Below, piece after piece: positions 1 through 9,585 of a stretch of 36,980 nt of DNA; positions within the stretch are counted from its first letter, which is position 1; each line of letters starts with the position of its first letter. Below the pieces are notes generated by a model. The model saw only the letters and a program-made list of their open reading frames with translations, ran no database searches and was not told where the DNA came from. Position numbers and translations under genes: made by a program. The stretch lies in assembly GCA_964493715.1 (NCBI GenBank), contig CAZBPC010000024.1:1-36980 (forward strand). The letters are read 5' to 3'. This stretch comes from an uncultured archaeon. GTDB taxonomy: Archaea > Asgardarchaeota > Lokiarchaeia > Sigyniarchaeales > SOKP01.

Positions 1-278
1 ATTGGTTCTGATATTTTTTCAAATTCGTAAAAGTAATTCCATTCGATTTCTTTTTCTTTCTGCTCGCCTTTTTCATTGAATAACTGGTAGAAGTAACCAG
101 AACTATAACAAAGACATACAGCAACCATTGGAATTTCCAAATCTGCTGCAGATCTAACAGTATCCCCAGATAAAACCCCTAAACCTCCACTATAAGTTGG
201 AATGCTTGAATCAATCCCGATCTCCATCGAAATATATGCTACAAGTGTATTATCCTTAAGTTCTTCATTAATTTCCAT
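1..278 (-). CDS. glgP: Alpha-glucan (glycogen/starch) phosphorylase, N-terminal part; runs off the window edge
   Basis: Not in the ORF track. Translated by hand from ATG at 278: [73 protein letters not shown], with the AYxSMExG...[13 protein letters not shown]...SAADL...GYFxQ signature of GT35 phosphorylases. Confidence 0.93.
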   Translation of the reverse strand, partial: MEINEELKDNTLVAYISMEIGIDSSIPTYSGGLGVLSGDTVRSAADLEIPMVAVCLCYSSGYFYQLFNEKGEQKEKEIEWNYFYEFEKISEP

Positions 279-358
279 ATTAACCAATTCTTTGAGTAAT
301 TAATTTGATTATATTATTTCGGGTTTTTAATCTTATATATTGCTAAAATAAATCTTAA

Positions 359-1006
359 TTAAATGGTTAAAGTTTTATTCTCCAATATCTCTACTTTTAT
401 GTTAGGATCTTTTCTATTCATGATTACTTCAAATTCCTTTAAATCTTTATCCCAATTATGCATTGGAACTACGATTTGCGGTTGGATGTCAATTGCAGCA
501 TCCGTAGCTTCTTCAAAATCCATTGTATACGTACCTCCACAAGGAAGCATAGCAACGGTAATTTTTCTCTTTGCTAAAGTTTTCATCTCAGGAATTCTTT
601 CGGTATCTCCCGCATGATAAATGCTCTTACCTCCCGATTCGATAATAGTTCCTGTCCAACCATTACCTTTAGGATGAGTTGGTTTCTTTATTGTATAAGC
701 TGGAAACAATTCGATAGACAAATCTTTATAAGTAAATACTTCGCCAATCTTTAGAGACTGCCCCTTAAAAATTTTCAAGCTATTTTCAATACTCTTTGGA
801 CCTAGTAAAATTGTTTCTTCCCCCCATAATTTTTTGATATCTGATTTTGAGAAATGATCTCCGTGAGTATGGGATGAAACAATGATATCGGCCTTCTCTT
901 CATCCTTACTTACTTTGTATGGATCTAGATAAATGATTCGACCGCTTTGCATTACAATCTTAAAACAGGCATGACCCAACCAATAAATTTCCATTTGTGC
1001 ATCCAT
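359..1006 (-). CDS. Metallo-beta-lactamase-fold hydrolase (UPF0173/UlaG-like)
   Basis: WLGHACF, DPY, SHTHGDH (HxHxDH), YHAGDT and VPMH motifs; SD-like GAGTGAT 4 nt before ATG. Confidence 0.9.
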   Translation of the reverse strand: MDAQMEIYWLGHACFKIVMQSGRIIYLDPYKVSKDEEKADIIVSSHTHGDHFSKSDIKKLWGEETILLGPKSIENSLKIFKGQSLKIGEVFTYKDLSIELFPAYTIKKPTHPKGNGWTGTIIESGGKSIYHAGDTERIPEMKTLAKRKITVAMLPCGGTYTMDFEEATDAAIDIQPQIVVPMHNWDKDLKEFEVIMNRKDPNIKVEILENKTLTI

Positions 1007-1120
1007 TTAAATCACTCTTTCATTTTTAATGTGAAACATATCTCAAAATATGATTCTAACCTTTTTAAGACTATCTTGAGAAATTAGGAAGGGATACTAA
1101 AAAGTGTAATTGATATTGAT

Positions 1121-1492
1121 CTATTCTTCTTCCATTTTTAATTCCGGATTTTCCAATGAGATTTTCTTAGATATCCTTAAATCATTTGGATTTTCAATGC
1201 TTAAACTATTAATTCTTTCAAGAAAGAGCTTATTTTCGAAATTGGGGATGGAATTTATTATATTTGGTTTAGGGAAATCATTGATTAAATTCGGTTTAAT
1301 AATACTTCTAGATATTGAAACATCATCATCAAAAGTCATACTTCCAGAGAGTTTATTACCAAATAAATGACTAAACGAATTTAAATCATTATTTTTTAGG
1401 CTTCTTTTATTAATGGGATTTATCGGAAAGGTGGAACTAGATACACGACAAATTGGACAATTATTATCATCAAGACCATGCATGCAAGCCAT
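1121..1492 (-). CDS. Hypothetical protein with N-terminal CxH-x6-CxxC putative Zn-binding motif
   Basis: MACMHGLDDNNCPICR N-terminus; co-oriented with the MBL hydrolase and glgP. Confidence 0.65.
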   Translation of the reverse strand: MACMHGLDDNNCPICRVSSSTFPINPINKRSLKNNDLNSFSHLFGNKLSGSMTFDDDVSISRSIIKPNLINDFPKPNIINSIPNFENKLFLERINSLSIENPNDLRISKKISLENPELKMEEE

Positions 1493-1568
1493 TTTATTTG
1501 CTCTAATAATATTCTTATTCTGTATTCTTTAAATTAATTTTATCTTTTATTTCTTTTTATAATAATTT

Positions 1569-2693
1569 ATGAATGATGCAAATAATGCCTTTTTTTCGGA
1601 GATTTATTCTCAACCAGAAGCTCTTAAAAGCACTTTTGAACATATCTTATCTGAAAGCAAACCCCAATTCTTGCAAGTGAAAGATTTTATTAAAAGAGGA
1701 GGGATTTCAAAACTAATTTTTACTGGAATGGGGTCTAGCTACATTGCATCTTATTTACCGTATTATTTATTAAATCAGTATGGAATCACCATTGAAATCC
1801 GTGAAGCTGGAGAGTTTTTATTTAATACATTCCCAAAGACGAGACAAGACTCTTTTAAAGATACAGGAATTGTTATTATATCTCAATCAGGAGAATCTGG
1901 AGAAATTAGGGAATTATTGAAAAATATCAATGATATCGAAGTAAAACCTTTAACGATCGGAATCACAAATAATCCAGATAGTTATTTAGCATACATGACA
2001 GAATTGCAAATCTTCATGAATATAGAAAAAGAAGCTACTGTTACTTCTAAAACATATCTTTGTACATTATTGATACTATACGTCTTGTCAAAAACTATTA
2101 TCGGAGAATTCTTTACTAAGGAAGAATACATTCAAGATGTTCGAGATTTAATTAAAGAAATCGAAGTATTACTGAATGACAAGCAAAAGATCAAATATAT
2201 TTGGGAGAAAATATTACCTCAATTCGGCAAAAAGATAGAGTTTCTAGAGATACTTGCCAGAGGGTCCTCGATGGTCACGGCTCATCAAGCTGCATTGAAT
2301 TTTAAAGAAATCGTACGATCATATTCAGAAGCGACCTCAATCTCAACTTTTCGACATGGGGGTATTGAGTGTTTGAATGATAAATCAAAACTCATTATAC
2401 TCACTTCAGATGATAAAAATCTTGAATTTAATGGAAATTTTATTGAGAAATTAACGTCTGAATGGACCTTTGGCAGATTATTACACATTACTAATCAAAA
2501 ATTTAATGATAAATTGGAGAAAATTCATGAAAATCCAAAAATAATTCTTTATAAACACGAGATAAAAGATCCTTTTTTAGCTCCTTTATTTGAGATAGTG
2601 ATTCTGCAGTTGTTGTTCTACAAGATGGCAGAGGATAAAGGCATCGTTCCCGGGACATTCTTATATTCACAAAAAATAACTCGAGATTTATAG
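1569..2693 (+). CDS. SIS-domain sugar-phosphate isomerase/deaminase (GlmS isomerase-domain/AgaS/FrlB-like, no glutaminase domain)
   Basis: EIYSQPEAL, GMGSSY, ISQSGESGE, ITNNPDS, TSKTY, ALNFKEI, FRHGG, C-terminal KITRDL. Confidence 0.9.
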   Translation: MNDANNAFFSEIYSQPEALKSTFEHILSESKPQFLQVKDFIKRGGISKLIFTGMGSSYIASYLPYYLLNQYGITIEIREAGEFLFNTFPKTRQDSFKDTGIVIISQSGESGEIRELLKNINDIEVKPLTIGITNNPDSYLAYMTELQIFMNIEKEATVTSKTYLCTLLILYVLSKTIIGEFFTKEEYIQDVRDLIKEIEVLLNDKQKIKYIWEKILPQFGKKIEFLEILARGSSMVTAHQAALNFKEIVRSYSEATSISTFRHGGIECLNDKSKLIILTSDDKNLEFNGNFIEKLTSEWTFGRLLHITNQKFNDKLEKIHENPKIILYKHEIKDPFLAPLFEIVILQLLFYKMAEDKGIVPGTFLYSQKITRDL

Positions 2694-2856
2694 CTATCCC
2701 AAAATTTGATTTTTCATAATACTTCTAGCTCGAAAACTAGAAATATTAAAACCGATTTTTAAACTTATTATTTAAATTTGATATTTTTATGGATTCTATA
2801 GCATATATGAATATATGAAACTAAAAATAATTTTAAAAAGATAGAGTTAGAGCATA

Positions 2857-4119
2857 GTGAGTGAAATCGCAAATCCTAAAACCTTTAAAAGCTACATTGC
2901 ATTTTGGTCTGGCCAAATGTTCTCGTTATTAGGTTCTTCAGTGGTCCAATTTGTAATTATATTTTGGATAACAGATATTACCGGAAGTGCAGTATACTTA
3001 TCGATCGCCACTTTTTTTGCTTTCCTTCCACAATGGATATTAGGACCTTTGATTGGAGTTTATGTCGACCGTTGGAATAGAAAATTGATTATAGCATTGG
3101 CTGATTTCTTTCAAGCATTTACTACATTTATCATAATAATGCTTTTTTTTTTCAATGCTGAAACCGTGTGGGCTATCATCATTATCAATAGTATTCGAGG
3201 ACTATGTCAAGCATTTCACTGGCCTGCAACAAATGCAATCATACCTATAATGGTACCTAAGAAACACTTGAGTAGATTAAATGGATTAAACTTTTTTTTC
3301 ACAGGTATGGTTCAAACAATTGGTCCCGTGATCGCCGCAACCTTTTTGACCATTTTTGATATCGAACAAATCCTATGGATAGATGTGATTACCTTTCTAA
3401 TAGCTATTGTCCCATTATTGATTATAAAAATCCCAAATGTAGTGAAAACCGCAATCGATAAAGTTAAAAAACCATTTTTTAAAGATTTAGTAGAGGGCAT
3501 TAAAGTTATAAGAAGTATCCCAGGACTTCTACTTTTATTATATATAGCCACCATGATCAATTTTTTTGGACAACCATTTTCCACATTAATACAATATTTC
3601 GTAATAATCACTCACTATGGAAATAAATTAGATCTAGGGTTTGTAGTAGCTCTTATACAAGGAGGCATGTTTGTAGGGGCTATAATTGTAACAATAAAAA
3701 AAAATTGGAAACATAAGGCTATAATTATCTTTTTAGGTTTAATTCTTGGAGATTTGGGACACCTTATTTTAGCGCTTGCTCCTACTGGACAATTTATTAT
3801 AATCGGAATAGGGGGATTTATTTTTGCCTTTATAGTTCCATTCGTGAACACGATGTTTTTAACAATTTTACAACGAACAATCCCCCCTGATAAGCAAGGA
3901 AGAGTTATGTCAATTGTTATAACAATTGCAACAGCTGTTTCACCGATTGCGATGATAATTTCTGGACCTTTGGCAGTAATAATGGGAATCGTTCCTTTAT
4001 TTGTTAGTGCCGCGTCTATAGATATGACCATTGTTATATTAATATGGATTTTTTCTAATGTTACAAAAATAGATTATGATGAATTAGCGGTCTCAAATCC
4101 AGAAAAAATCAATATTTAA
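2857..4119 (+). CDS. MFS efflux transporter (DHA3/MefA-like)
   Basis: About 12 hydrophobic segments; GQMFSLLGS, GVYVDRWNRK (motif A), QGRVMS. Confidence 0.92.
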   Translation: MSEIANPKTFKSYIAFWSGQMFSLLGSSVVQFVIIFWITDITGSAVYLSIATFFAFLPQWILGPLIGVYVDRWNRKLIIALADFFQAFTTFIIIMLFFFNAETVWAIIIINSIRGLCQAFHWPATNAIIPIMVPKKHLSRLNGLNFFFTGMVQTIGPVIAATFLTIFDIEQILWIDVITFLIAIVPLLIIKIPNVVKTAIDKVKKPFFKDLVEGIKVIRSIPGLLLLLYIATMINFFGQPFSTLIQYFVIITHYGNKLDLGFVVALIQGGMFVGAIIVTIKKNWKHKAIIIFLGLILGDLGHLILALAPTGQFIIIGIGGFIFAFIVPFVNTMFLTILQRTIPPDKQGRVMSIVITIATAVSPIAMIISGPLAVIMGIVPLFVSAASIDMTIVILIWIFSNVTKIDYDELAVSNPEKINI

Positions 4120-4233
4120 AATTCTTCTTATAGAAGTAAAGAATACTAATGTTGTTTTTGAAATGTTAGATTAAGTTTTAATTATTGATTAGATTCTTTT
4201 TATTAAATTCCTTTCCAATAAGAGTTTCTGATT

Positions 4234-5370
4234 ATGTCTAAAGCTGTAATTTTATCAGGGGGTTGGGGCACGCGCCTTCGTCCCTTGACCTGTTCTATTC
4301 CCAAAACATTAATTCCAATATGTAATAAACCTGTAATGGAACGCCAGATCTTACTACTTAAAGCTGCTGGTGTAAGTGAAATTGTACTAGCTGTAAGTAT
4401 AATGGCTGATGTAATTAAAGATTATTTTAAAAATGGCGAAAAACTAGGAATAAAGATCTCTTATACTGATGAAATTTTCCCCGCAGGAACAGCTGGTGCG
4501 ATCAAATTAGCTGAATCTTTTTTAAAAGATGACAATTTTTTTATGCTTAATGGTGATGTCATTTTAAATTTTGATTTTAGCAAGATGCTCCAATTTCATA
4601 ACAAGTTAAGAGCATTTGGGACTATTGCAAGTAAAGTTGTAGAAGATCCATCTCGATACGGCGTGATTATAGCAAATCAAAATACTAAGAAGATTGAGAA
4701 ATTTTTAGAAAAAGAAGAATATAAACCTCCAAAAGGGGGTCCAGTACCAATGCCAATAAACTCAGGAGTATACTTACTTGAACCAGAAATTTTTTCCTAT
4801 ATTGCCTCAAATAAAAAGGTGTCTATTGAAAGAGAAATATTCCCCAAAATCGCTGAAGAACATGAGGTTTATCATTATCCAATTGAAGGGATATGGAAAG
4901 ATATTGGAAAACCTTATGATTTATTGCAAGGAAATATTTCACTAATGAATGATCTGATTCAAAATCTTAAAGAGGTGCATAATAACCTTATTGATTATAG
5001 TGCTCAAATCAATCCATCAACAAAAATTATTCATCCCTGTGTTATTGGAGAACAGACTGTAATTAGGCAAAATTGCATTATTGGTCCAAATGCGATTATT
5101 GGTGATAATGTGTTCATTGATAACAATACCCTGATTAAAAATTCTGTCATCTTCAATGAAACTTACATTTCAAATCATGTAGAATTAGAAAACACAATTA
5201 TATCCGATAATTGTACGATTGGAGATAATGCTCATTTAAAAGGAATCGAAGATAAATTAATTCTCTTATCATCTCATGTCAAAGTAATGAAAAATGTTGA
5301 AATTATTAACTTAGTTAAAGACTATTTTTCAGTATGTCATCATGAAATAGTTAGTGAGAGTGTAAAATAA
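4234..5370 (+). CDS. NDP-sugar pyrophosphorylase (mannose-1-P guanylyltransferase/GCD1 family) with left-handed beta-helix
   Basis: LSGGWGTRLRPLT..PK, GTAGAI, NGD, YGV, WKDIGKP; C-terminal hexapeptide repeats. Confidence 0.92.
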   Translation: MSKAVILSGGWGTRLRPLTCSIPKTLIPICNKPVMERQILLLKAAGVSEIVLAVSIMADVIKDYFKNGEKLGIKISYTDEIFPAGTAGAIKLAESFLKDDNFFMLNGDVILNFDFSKMLQFHNKLRAFGTIASKVVEDPSRYGVIIANQNTKKIEKFLEKEEYKPPKGGPVPMPINSGVYLLEPEIFSYIASNKKVSIEREIFPKIAEEHEVYHYPIEGIWKDIGKPYDLLQGNISLMNDLIQNLKEVHNNLIDYSAQINPSTKIIHPCVIGEQTVIRQNCIIGPNAIIGDNVFIDNNTLIKNSVIFNETYISNHVELENTIISDNCTIGDNAHLKGIEDKLILLSSHVKVMKNVEIINLVKDYFSVCHHEIVSESVK

Positions 5371-5393
5371 AACTCAGATCTATTGATGTAATT

Positions 5394-5795
5394 ATGTCTA
5401 AGATTTTTCTTTTAGAGCTTGATAAGATCCAGCCAAGTCAACTATATTTAAATAAAAATAAACTTAAATCATCACAAACTAAATTTAAATCAAATGACCT
5501 TAAATCATATAAACCTATTCCTATTAAAGAAATAAATCAAAAATATGTAGCTACAGATGGACATCATCGAGCATTTATATTGTGGCAAAGAGGTGAAAAA
5601 CAGGTGCGCGTTGAATGGGAATATGAAGATTTGGATTGGACCCTCTACGAAATATGTGTAAAATGGTGTGAAGAAGAAGGAATATTCAATATTTCTGATC
5701 TCAAAGATAGAATTGTTGATAATGAAGAATATGATGAATTGTGGTTGAATAGATGTAAAAATATGCATGAGCGTATAAATAAAGGGGAAATTTAA
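5394..5795 (+). CDS. Stand-alone ParB/sulfiredoxin-like domain protein
   Basis: IQPSQLYL...PIPIK...ATDGHHRA, the DGHHR motif of the ParB/Srx fold. Confidence 0.75.
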   Translation: MSKIFLLELDKIQPSQLYLNKNKLKSSQTKFKSNDLKSYKPIPIKEINQKYVATDGHHRAFILWQRGEKQVRVEWEYEDLDWTLYEICVKWCEEEGIFNISDLKDRIVDNEEYDELWLNRCKNMHERINKGEI

Positions 5796-5809
5796 AGGAC
5801 TCTAATAAA

Positions 5810-7153
5810 ATGAGGAAAAAAATCACTCCAGATAAGATATGCATTGACTTCAATAATGGACTTATAACAAAAGAAGAATCAATAAATCTCTTAGAATCAA
5901 TCATTAGTGAGAGTGAAAATACTGAAGAAAGAATCAAAGCAATTGAATCAATTGGGCATCTAAACCTTATAACAAGCAGATCATATGAATTACTTGAAAA
6001 AAGTTTAATTTCAGATGAATCTCCTTTAGTTAGAGTATCAGCAGCTCAAATAATGATGCAAAAATTCTCAAAAGTAGAAACTGGTCCTCTTTTTTGGGCA
6101 ATAGAAAATGAAAACTCAATTCTTTTTTTTAAACCTTTACTTGATTTATTTGAGGTAGATACTCAATCTTTCTTAAATGAATTAAAGAATAAAGCTATTA
6201 AGAAGTTAACTCAGATATATAATCTTCAATATCCCGATATGAAATTTATTATCGATGTAGATTATTTGGAAGCCCGTAAGTTTTTGAGTAAACTGCATGA
6301 ATTTATAAAAAAATTTGGTATCAATGAAGATTACAAATTAGCTTTAATAAAAGAAAATACGAGTATTAGCAATAAAGGATTGGCTAGAGTAAATTCTAGT
6401 TTCAATGGTCATATAACAAAACTAACCTTAAAAGAACTAGATCATATCCCCCTCTCAATAAATTCTTTACCAAATCTTAATTCGCTCACTATCGATCATT
6501 GCGTGTTAAAAAATGAACTCATTCATCTACTTAATTTCCCAAATGTTAATCAGTTAACATTCACAAACAATATCATTGATAATTTACCCGATTGGGTCTG
6601 GAAGATCGCAAATAATAAGAATTACCTCGACAAGTTTATCAATATTGGAGTAGCTCTTACAGAAGCACCAAAATTAGCATTAATCGAGATATTGTCGGGC
6701 ATATCATTAGATTTAATTAAGAAAGATGAAAAACCTCGCTTAAAAATAGCTTATTGCTACAAAATTGATGAGGTGGGTCATATTATAGGACTTTATATTG
6801 CAAATGATATGATCAAGATTGGTTTAATTCCTCATCAAATATGTGATTTAAAATATCTCGGAGAACTATACTTAATTAGACAAGATATTACCCAAATTCC
6901 TAAATGTGTTAATAAGTTAACCAATTTGAAAATTTTGAATTTATCCTTTAACCAAATCGAAATAATTCCTGAGGATATCGTATTTTTAAAGAATCTTGAA
7001 TATTTTAATTTACAAAATGATGGCAATAACGTAATTAAAATTATTCCTAAATCAATTACTCTTCTTTGTAATTTAAAAGCATTTAATCTTTCAGGAAATA
7101 TCATTGAGAACGTACCTGAGAGTTTAAAAAGTTTTAAGCCATTGAAACTATAA
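5810..7153 (+). CDS. HEAT-repeat + leucine-rich-repeat protein (Lokiarchaeia-expanded type)
   Basis: N-terminal HEAT-like segments (ERIKAIESIG, SDESPLVRVSAA); C-terminal LxxLxLxxNxIxxIP repeats. Confidence 0.85.
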   Translation: MRKKITPDKICIDFNNGLITKEESINLLESIISESENTEERIKAIESIGHLNLITSRSYELLEKSLISDESPLVRVSAAQIMMQKFSKVETGPLFWAIENENSILFFKPLLDLFEVDTQSFLNELKNKAIKKLTQIYNLQYPDMKFIIDVDYLEARKFLSKLHEFIKKFGINEDYKLALIKENTSISNKGLARVNSSFNGHITKLTLKELDHIPLSINSLPNLNSLTIDHCVLKNELIHLLNFPNVNQLTFTNNIIDNLPDWVWKIANNKNYLDKFINIGVALTEAPKLALIEILSGISLDLIKKDEKPRLKIAYCYKIDEVGHIIGLYIANDMIKIGLIPHQICDLKYLGELYLIRQDITQIPKCVNKLTNLKILNLSFNQIEIIPEDIVFLKNLEYFNLQNDGNNVIKIIPKSITLLCNLKAFNLSGNIIENVPESLKSFKPLKL

Positions 7154-7249
7154 ACTAAGCCTATTTTATAGTAAATTACTAAAGACGGATATTTTAAATT
7201 TTTCTGAATAATTATAGATATCATTGAATTACATGAAATTTTTATAATC

Positions 7250-9220
7250 ATGTCAAAAAGACAAAATAACTTAGATGATTTATTAGGTCCCAAACAGAAT
7301 AAATCAAGTGAAACAAAAGAAAAACAATTAGAAAACCAAATAATTAAGGATAAAATTAATTCCCTTGTTCAAGAAATAAAAAGACATAGAGCTTTATATT
7401 ATAATGAGACACCAGAAATTACCGATGCAAAATATGATGAATTAGAAGAAGAATTAAGAACACTTGATCCTAATAATCCCATTTTATTTACTGTGGGAGC
7501 AGATTCTTCTGCAATATTTACTAAAAAGGAACACGTGATTCCGATGGGTTCACAGGATAAAGTTACAACTCCCCCGGAATTCAGAAAATGGGCAGAAGAT
7601 CGTGGCAATAAAACATTTTTAATTCAGTTTAAACTTGATGGGATAAGTATTGAGCTTCAATATAAGAGTGGAGTTTTTCAATGTGCAGTCACTCGAGGCA
7701 ACGGAATCGTAGGAGATGACGTATCAATTAACATAATGAAAATGAAAGGTTTTATCCCAAGATTATCCACAAGATTTTCAGGGGGAATTCGAGCTGAGGT
7801 ATTACTTTTTCATGATCTTTTCGAGAAAAAATATAAGGATATGCAAAATTGTAGGAATACTGCTGCGGGTTTAGTTCGACGTAAAGATGGAATAGGATGT
7901 GAAGATCTTAATTTAATATTTTATGATGCGACTAGTTTGACGGAAGATGTAAGTTTTACAAGCGAGATACAGAAATTAAAATGGATGAAAAGTGAAAATT
8001 TACCTACAATTAAAACTAAAATTGTTAAATCTATACAGGAAGTAATTGACATACGAGAAGACGTAATGAATAACATTCGTGATTCATTAGATTATGACAT
8101 TGACGGGCTAGTAATAAAAGGTAAAGAAATTGATCTTGAAGATATGAAACGTGCTAAACCAATGAAACAGATAGCATTCAAATTTCAAGCAGAAGAAATC
8201 GAAAGTACTTTGATTAGCGTTGAATGGACCATTAGCGGTCACAATTATACCCCTGTTGCTATTATTGAACCTGTTCGATTGATGGGTACTACAGTAAGTA
8301 GAGCTAGCTTAGCTAATCCTAATCTCATAAAAGACATGGGTCTTAAAATTGGTGCAGAAGTAATTGTATCTAAACGAGGAGACATAATTCCTAAAATTGA
8401 ACGAGTTGTGAAAATTCCTCAAGATGCAAAGGATATAATTATTCCCGTCATATGTGAGGAATGCAATACTGAGTTAACAAACGAAGGGACGCGTTTATTC
8501 TGTCCTAATGAAGTATGCCCCAAAAGAAATTATCAGAGATTAGTAAGATGGATTCATGTTCTTGGTGTCAAACATTTCAGTGAGAAGCTGATGTTATATC
8601 CCCTTTTTAAAACGGGTAAAGTGGAACAAATTGCTGACTTATATCACCTAAATGTATCAGATTTAACCCAATTTGAAGGTGTTAAAGAAATTTCTGCTAA
8701 AAAGGCGTTAGATAACTTATTCGCCGTAAAAGAAATATCCTTAGCAAAATTCATTGGGGGTTTTAATATAGAAAATATAGCTGAATTACTCGTAAAGAAA
8801 GTTATTGATGCGGGATATGATACACTTGAAAAAATTAAAAGCGCGAAAATGGAACAATTATCAATGATAGATGGATATGCTGAAATAACTGCTGAAAATC
8901 TCTTGAAAGGGATCAATAAATTATATCCACAAATGCTTGAAGTACTGGATACCAATAAAATTTCTATAGTCAAATCTGAACAAGATGGAAAGTTAAATGG
9001 TTTAACCTTCTGTTTCACGGGCAAACTCGACGAAATTACACGTTCCGAAGCAGAGGATATTGTTTTAAAATATGGTGGAGAGCCAAAAAAAAGCGTAATA
9101 ACGAATCTAAGTTATTTAGTCACCAATGAAACCACACCTACTGCCAAGTATTTAAAAGCTCAAGAACAAGGCACAAAAATTATTACAGAAAATGAATTCC
9201 TCAAAATGATCTTAGACTAA
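7250..9220 (+). CDS. ligA: NAD+-dependent DNA ligase (bacterial type)
   Basis: Domain Ia YY..TPEITDAKYD, KLDG adenylation motif, TRGNG..GDDVS, NCRNTAAG, DGLVIK, IAFKF, OB-fold RGDIIPKI, C4 zinc finger (CEEC...CPNEVC), HhH repeats, BRCT (FCFTGKL...R). Confidence 0.96.
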   Translation: MSKRQNNLDDLLGPKQNKSSETKEKQLENQIIKDKINSLVQEIKRHRALYYNETPEITDAKYDELEEELRTLDPNNPILFTVGADSSAIFTKKEHVIPMGSQDKVTTPPEFRKWAEDRGNKTFLIQFKLDGISIELQYKSGVFQCAVTRGNGIVGDDVSINIMKMKGFIPRLSTRFSGGIRAEVLLFHDLFEKKYKDMQNCRNTAAGLVRRKDGIGCEDLNLIFYDATSLTEDVSFTSEIQKLKWMKSENLPTIKTKIVKSIQEVIDIREDVMNNIRDSLDYDIDGLVIKGKEIDLEDMKRAKPMKQIAFKFQAEEIESTLISVEWTISGHNYTPVAIIEPVRLMGTTVSRASLANPNLIKDMGLKIGAEVIVSKRGDIIPKIERVVKIPQDAKDIIIPVICEECNTELTNEGTRLFCPNEVCPKRNYQRLVRWIHVLGVKHFSEKLMLYPLFKTGKVEQIADLYHLNVSDLTQFEGVKEISAKKALDNLFAVKEISLAKFIGGFNIENIAELLVKKVIDAGYDTLEKIKSAKMEQLSMIDGYAEITAENLLKGINKLYPQMLEVLDTNKISIVKSEQDGKLNGLTFCFTGKLDEITRSEAEDIVLKYGGEPKKSVITNLSYLVTNETTPTAKYLKAQEQGTKIITENEFLKMILD

Positions 9221-9265
9221 CAGATTTAAAAATCATGATTCAAATATTTAATCTATTATAAATAT

Positions 9266-9574
9266 GTGGGAATTCGATTGAAAGAGTTTAAATTAGAAGA
9301 TATAAAATCTAATAGCTTGAAAATATATGAAGCAATCTTTAATAAGAAGAAAACCGTAGTAATTGATGAAATTGAATATTCTATTCAGAAATTCTCGAGT
9401 GGCATCAAATATATTGATTTCTTTGGATACAGATTCATCCAACAGAATCATAATAAGAAGTCAGAATGGGGAAAAAAAGCAAGACAAGGGCACCAAATTA
9501 TGTGGATTCTAAAAGGAAGACGATATATCGCACGAATTATGGATGGGGACTTCATAGATTTGAGAAAAGAATAA
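9266..9574 (+). CDS. Small basic hypothetical protein
   Basis: 102 aa ORF 45 nt after ligA; conserved-looking QQNxxKxSEWxxxARxGxxIxW segment. Confidence 0.7.
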   Translation: MGIRLKEFKLEDIKSNSLKIYEAIFNKKKTVVIDEIEYSIQKFSSGIKYIDFFGYRFIQQNHNKKSEWGKKARQGHQIMWILKGRRYIARIMDGDFIDLRKE

Positions 9575-9585
9575 GAATAAAGCTT

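Noticed and set aside
5394-5795. Chromosome partitioning ParB
   Set aside because: No HTH or dimerisation domain, no parA and no parS-like repeats.
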